From NCBI GenBank assembly GCA_041484665.1, contig JBGPIA010000006.1, positions 161,468 through 225,467 of the forward strand: a stretch of DNA of 64,000 nucleotides, written 5' to 3'. The position numbers and the translations under genes are program-made. Positions 60,372 to 64,000 of the stretch are shown here, one piece after another. A model generated the notes under the pieces. It saw only the letters and a program-made list of their open reading frames with translations. It did not search any database and had not been told where the DNA came from. How positions within the stretch are numbered: the stretch's first letter is position 1; every line of letters starts with the position of its first letter. This DNA comes from Candidatus Krumholzibacteriia bacterium. GTDB lineage: Bacteria; Krumholzibacteriota; Krumholzibacteriia; JAJRXK01.

Positions 60372-62891
60372 TCACTTCACCATCGCGACCTTTTGCACCG
60401 CGTCCAGCCCGTTCTCGCCGCTCACGCGCACGAAATAGACTCCAGCGGCCTGCGGCCGGCCCAGCGCGTCACGGCCGTCCCAGGTCAGCTCGCTGGCTCC
60501 CGCCGGCAGGCGTCCCGAGTGGAGCTGCCGCACGCGCCGCCCGCGCGCATCCAGCACGTCGACCGCCACGATCGCCGCGGAACCCAGGTCGACCTTCACG
60601 GTTACGCGCGGGTTGAACGGGTTCGGGTACGCCGACAGCGCGATGGTCGGCCGCGCCACGGGAGTGGGCGAGGCTCCGGGCGTAGCCGTGGTGGAGAGCC
60701 TCCACACGATGCAGCCGCCACCCGGCCCCACGCTGCGCAGCAACATCGCCTCGTTCAATACGTTGATCTGCTTCGTCAGCACCATGTCATGGGTGACCTC
60801 GCCCAGGCGCGCCGGGCGGCCGACCAGCGCCTGTCCGGTCCAGGGATCGCGCGCAAGACGAGTGCTGAGGCGCAGGCGCGCCGGATTCGACGACGGCACG
60901 AATGGGCTGAAGGCGACCTGGCCGGTCTGGGCCGGTCCCAGCGGCATCACCTGTACCTCCGCATCGATATCCATGATCACATCGCCGAGCAGAGGCACGA
61001 ATTCCACGTCCGCCACGTGCCCTTGCAGCAAGCCGACCGCCACGCGGATCTGCCGGTTCGGCAGGTCGAAATTCCAGACCGGCCAGCCTTGGAAGCCGAC
61101 CACCGCGTGGGCGCTGCCTTCGTGCATGGGACCGAACGTCACCGGAACGAAGGGAGGGAGGAACTCGGCCACTTCACCCGTCGTGGTGACCAGATCCATC
61201 GGATTCACCCAGGCCGGGCCGAGCACGATGTCCGCGCAGATCCCCGAGTACCCGAGCCGGTTGTTCAAACGCACGTTGGTCGTTGTCGCGGTCTCGTTGC
61301 CGTAGTAGTCCCGCGCGTAGAGCGTCAGCGCGTACAGCCCATCGGGGTAGTATCCGCCCAGGGCGGTGGTGCGGTTGGTCTCCCAGAAGCCGCCCACGTC
61401 GTCGGGAACGCCGTTGTGGGTGTTGGTCAGCGTGTAGAAGTACTGCTGGGTGGTATAGTCGTACTTCGAGGCCGTGAACGATCCGCCGGTGTTGAGGAAC
61501 TGCTTGTAGATCTTCAGGAGGATCGCTTCCTGGTCCGCCACCACCGTGCCGCCGGGCATGGAATTGAACGTCGCGAGCGTCGTGCGGGGCACGCTCCCCA
61601 CTCCGCACGGCGTGTCGATGGGCTCCGCCTGCCAGGCCAGCTTGTAGATCCCCAGCTCGTACGGCTGCCCATTGGCGGGCGAGAGCACGTCACGACGGTC
61701 GCGCAGCTTCGCGATCACGTCCACGTGACCGTCCAGCGTCGGGTCGCCCGCATCCGAGTCGGCGGCGAATGGCGAATTGCTCTCGTTGTCGGCGAACCAG
61801 ACGTTGAACTGCTGCGGGAACACCGCGTCGGGCGTGCCCTTGATGAGGAAGCGCAGCGGATTGTAGTGCTCGAACCCGTCCACGTAGGGACCCGGGATGG
61901 CCCCGGGGCCAAACCAGCGCACGACATTGAGGTGCATGTGGTTGTAGGTGAATCCGTTCATGGCGGTGGACCAGGTGACTACGTTGCCCAGCACCTGTCC
62001 CTGCACCACGAGCGCTCCCTCGCTCACAGCGATGCTCGCGCCTTCCAGGTGGTGGTACTGCCAGATGTACCCCACCGGGTCCTGGACGGCGACCTCCCAG
62101 TAGAGGGAGCTGCCCCCGCTGTAGTTGTCGACTTTGACGACGGTGCCGTCGGTGCAGGAGTGCACGGGCGTTCCGGCCGGGACGCGGATGTCCACCCCGC
62201 TATGGAAGTAGGGAGTCCCGTTGAAATCCTGCCAGTCCTCCATGAGGTTGGACACGGCGTTGGGCTGGGTGGTGGGCGCGAATGGCCAGGGGCAGCCTCC
62301 CGGACACGGGTAGGGATAGAGCGCGATGCTGCTGATCGAATTCCAGTAGCTTCCGGCGACGTCGCGGATGCGCGCGAGGATGAAGTGCTGCCCCGGCCCC
62401 AGCTTCAGCTGAGGCGCCCCTGCAGGTTGCTGCTGCAGGTCCAGCCACGCCTGGTCCGTCCAGAAGTGCAGCTGCTCGGTGAACTCCTGCTGGTCGATCC
62501 ACAGCTCGAGGCTGGAGGGGTCCAGCCCGAACTCGAAGCGCCGAAAGTTGATCGTGATGCGGTCGGGCATCTCCTGCAGCACGCTGCCGTCGCGCGGATC
62601 GAGGATCAGCCGCGCGTTGGGGTCATAGGGTTGCGTGGGCGGCAATACGGCGTGGAAGGGATTGCGCTCCTCCACCGCTCGCGCCGGTGCCGCGGGCCAG
62701 AGGCCGGCCGTAGCCAGTAGGACCGGCAACAGTGCGGCCCAGCGCGCTGGCGGTCGTAGCAGGGCCAAGCGCGCTGGTGGTCGTGGCTCGGCCAAGCGCG
62801 CCGGGGGCAACAGTCCGGCCAAGCGCGGGGGATGCGGCTGCAGGAACGCGCCGCGGCGGCCGACCGCGCGGCGCAGGACGGGCGCGTGCAT
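60372..62891 (-). CDS. Secreted M23-family metallopeptidase with FlgD-Ig C-terminal domain
   Basis: FHSGVDI (HxxxD), YHHL and HMHL (HxH); C-terminal YPNPFNP...WDGRDALGRPQAAGVYF; GGAGG RBS. Confidence 0.85.
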   Translation of the reverse strand: MHAPVLRRAVGRRGAFLQPHPPRLAGLLPPARLAEPRPPARLALLRPPARWAALLPVLLATAGLWPAAPARAVEERNPFHAVLPPTQPYDPNARLILDPRDGSVLQEMPDRITINFRRFEFGLDPSSLELWIDQQEFTEQLHFWTDQAWLDLQQQPAGAPQLKLGPGQHFILARIRDVAGSYWNSISSIALYPYPCPGGCPWPFAPTTQPNAVSNLMEDWQDFNGTPYFHSGVDIRVPAGTPVHSCTDGTVVKVDNYSGGSSLYWEVAVQDPVGYIWQYHHLEGASIAVSEGALVVQGQVLGNVVTWSTAMNGFTYNHMHLNVVRWFGPGAIPGPYVDGFEHYNPLRFLIKGTPDAVFPQQFNVWFADNESNSPFAADSDAGDPTLDGHVDVIAKLRDRRDVLSPANGQPYELGIYKLAWQAEPIDTPCGVGSVPRTTLATFNSMPGGTVVADQEAILLKIYKQFLNTGGSFTASKYDYTTQQYFYTLTNTHNGVPDDVGGFWETNRTTALGGYYPDGLYALTLYARDYYGNETATTTNVRLNNRLGYSGICADIVLGPAWVNPMDLVTTTGEVAEFLPPFVPVTFGPMHEGSAHAVVGFQGWPVWNFDLPNRQIRVAVGLLQGHVADVEFVPLLGDVIMDIDAEVQVMPLGPAQTGQVAFSPFVPSSNPARLRLSTRLARDPWTGQALVGRPARLGEVTHDMVLTKQINVLNEAMLLRSVGPGGGCIVWRLSTTATPGASPTPVARPTIALSAYPNPFNPRVTVKVDLGSAAIVAVDVLDARGRRVRQLHSGRLPAGASELTWDGRDALGRPQAAGVYFVRVSGENGLDAVQKVAMVK

Positions 62892-63268
62892 GGGGAGGAC
62901 CTCCAGGCGGACGTACGGCGCGCAGATCGGGCAGGGGGTGGGCGCGGGCGCCGGTGCAAGCAAGTCAAGGATACCATGGATGGCTGCGGGCGTGGGGCGA
63001 CCGCGGGCGGGACGCGCGGGGCGCGGCGGGCGCGCCGCCGGTGCGAAGCGGCTGGACCTCCTCAGGGCATATGGTGTCTGGCACGTGGTTGATTACAATG
63101 TACTGACGGCTTCAGGAGCTCCCCCGCTTCGGGACCGTTGCCAGGGCAGGAGAGCTGCCGGGGCCGGACCGCTGCCGGTTCTGGTCGTCGCTCACTCCAC
63201 TACCGCCCTCGCTCATTCGCCTCCCCGGTTGCGGCCGACCGTTGCCTCGGCCGGGAAGGCCTTCACAC

Positions 63269-63750
63269 GTGAACGGGAAGATCGTTCGCATGGGCAACTC
63301 CCACGGGTTGCGCATCCCGCGCGCCCTCTTGCTCAGAGACCGGCCTGGAAAGTGAGGTGGACCTCCGCATCGAAGGCGATCGCCTGGTGATCGCTCCCCT
63401 GCAGAGCACGCGCGTGCGCTGGGACGAGCGCTTCGAACGGATGCGATATTGGCAGGACGATCGGCTCCTCGATCCCGGGGCGCCGGGGGGCGCGAACGAT
63501 CTGCGCGCTTGGATCGTTCGCCTGGACGTGTGGCTGCTCGAGGCTCCGGATGGTGCGGGCTCGGAGCGGGCCACCGTGGCCGAATCCGTTCAGTCCGTCG
63601 CTTGCGTCGTGCTCTCACCCGATGAGATGAATCAGTATCTGCGGACCGCGATCGTGGCCCCGCTCGTGGCAAGGGGGCGGCCGTATCCCACGCGGACGCC
63701 GTGTCTCTTCGAGCAACGGGAGTGCGAAATCGTCCTGGATCGGGTTACAA
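63269..63750 (+). pseudogene. Fused, frameshifted AbrB/MazE antitoxin-PemK/MazF toxin, cut by an IS
   Basis: KIVRMGNSHGLRIPRALL, a +1 shift near 63335, then ETGLESEVDLRIEGDRLVIAP running without a stop into CVVLSPDEMNQYLRTAIVAP...YPTR...IVLD. Confidence 0.78.
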
Positions 63751-64000
63751 CCTACATTCCGCACTTCGAGACCGGAGCTGTGCGCAGTTTAGCGAGCGCT
63801 TGCTGGGCGGTCACGCGTACAGCTGACGCGGCACCCGGGCGAGGTCCAACAGCAGCTTGTGGTTCTGCGTGAGCTCGACTGGGAATTGGACGACCCGCTC
63901 TCCTTCCTGAAACTCGTACCACGAGACGTCGGTGAAGTTCTCCAGGATCCGCGGCGCCGTGGGCGTCGAGGTCGAGCGCCCCTCCGGCAGGACCGCGATC
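63751..64000 (-). mobile_element. Right end of an IS1634-like element with transposase C-terminus (stop at 63811)
   Basis: Minus frame LPEGRSTSTPTAPRILENF...LTQNHKLLLDLARVPRQLYA*; terminus CCTACATTCCGCA at 63751 coincides with the point where mazF similarity ends. Confidence 0.72.

Overview
A very GC-rich bacterial chromosomal window. Several secreted proteins end in FlgD-Ig/T9SS-like C-terminal tags, and ECF sigma, Ser/Thr kinase and CHAT modules are present, which suggests an FCB-group lineage such as Eisenbacteria (inference only). In order, the window holds: a two-component kinase pair; an ECF sigma plus TPR Ser/Thr kinase; a signal-peptide TPR-CHAT protease; a CBM20-esterase and an FG-GAP protein bracketed by IS5 remnants; an ABC exporter-DODA dioxygenase-DDAH run; an ECF sigma/zinc anti-sigma/TPR-CHAT protease/subtilase cluster; an HD hydrolase; a kamA-ATP-grasp-ATP-grasp-GNAT cluster behind a long structured leader; a large surface protein; a GapN-like ALDH; bfd-bfr with a Fur-like box; assorted housekeeping genes; metK with a consensus promoter, SAM-II-like riboswitch and terminator; a nucleotidyltransferase pair; a decayed cytochrome c peroxidase; a third ECF/anti-sigma pair; an M23 peptidase; and a fused, decayed mazE-mazF interrupted by an IS1634-like element. 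The best candidates for undescribed systems are the CRISPR-free sigma/anti-sigma/CHAT/S8 module (22.6-28.4 kb) and the beta-lysine ATP-grasp cluster with its leader RNA (31.0-36.3 kb). All calls come from motif recognition by eye and no searches were run. No tRNA, rRNA or CRISPR array was seen.
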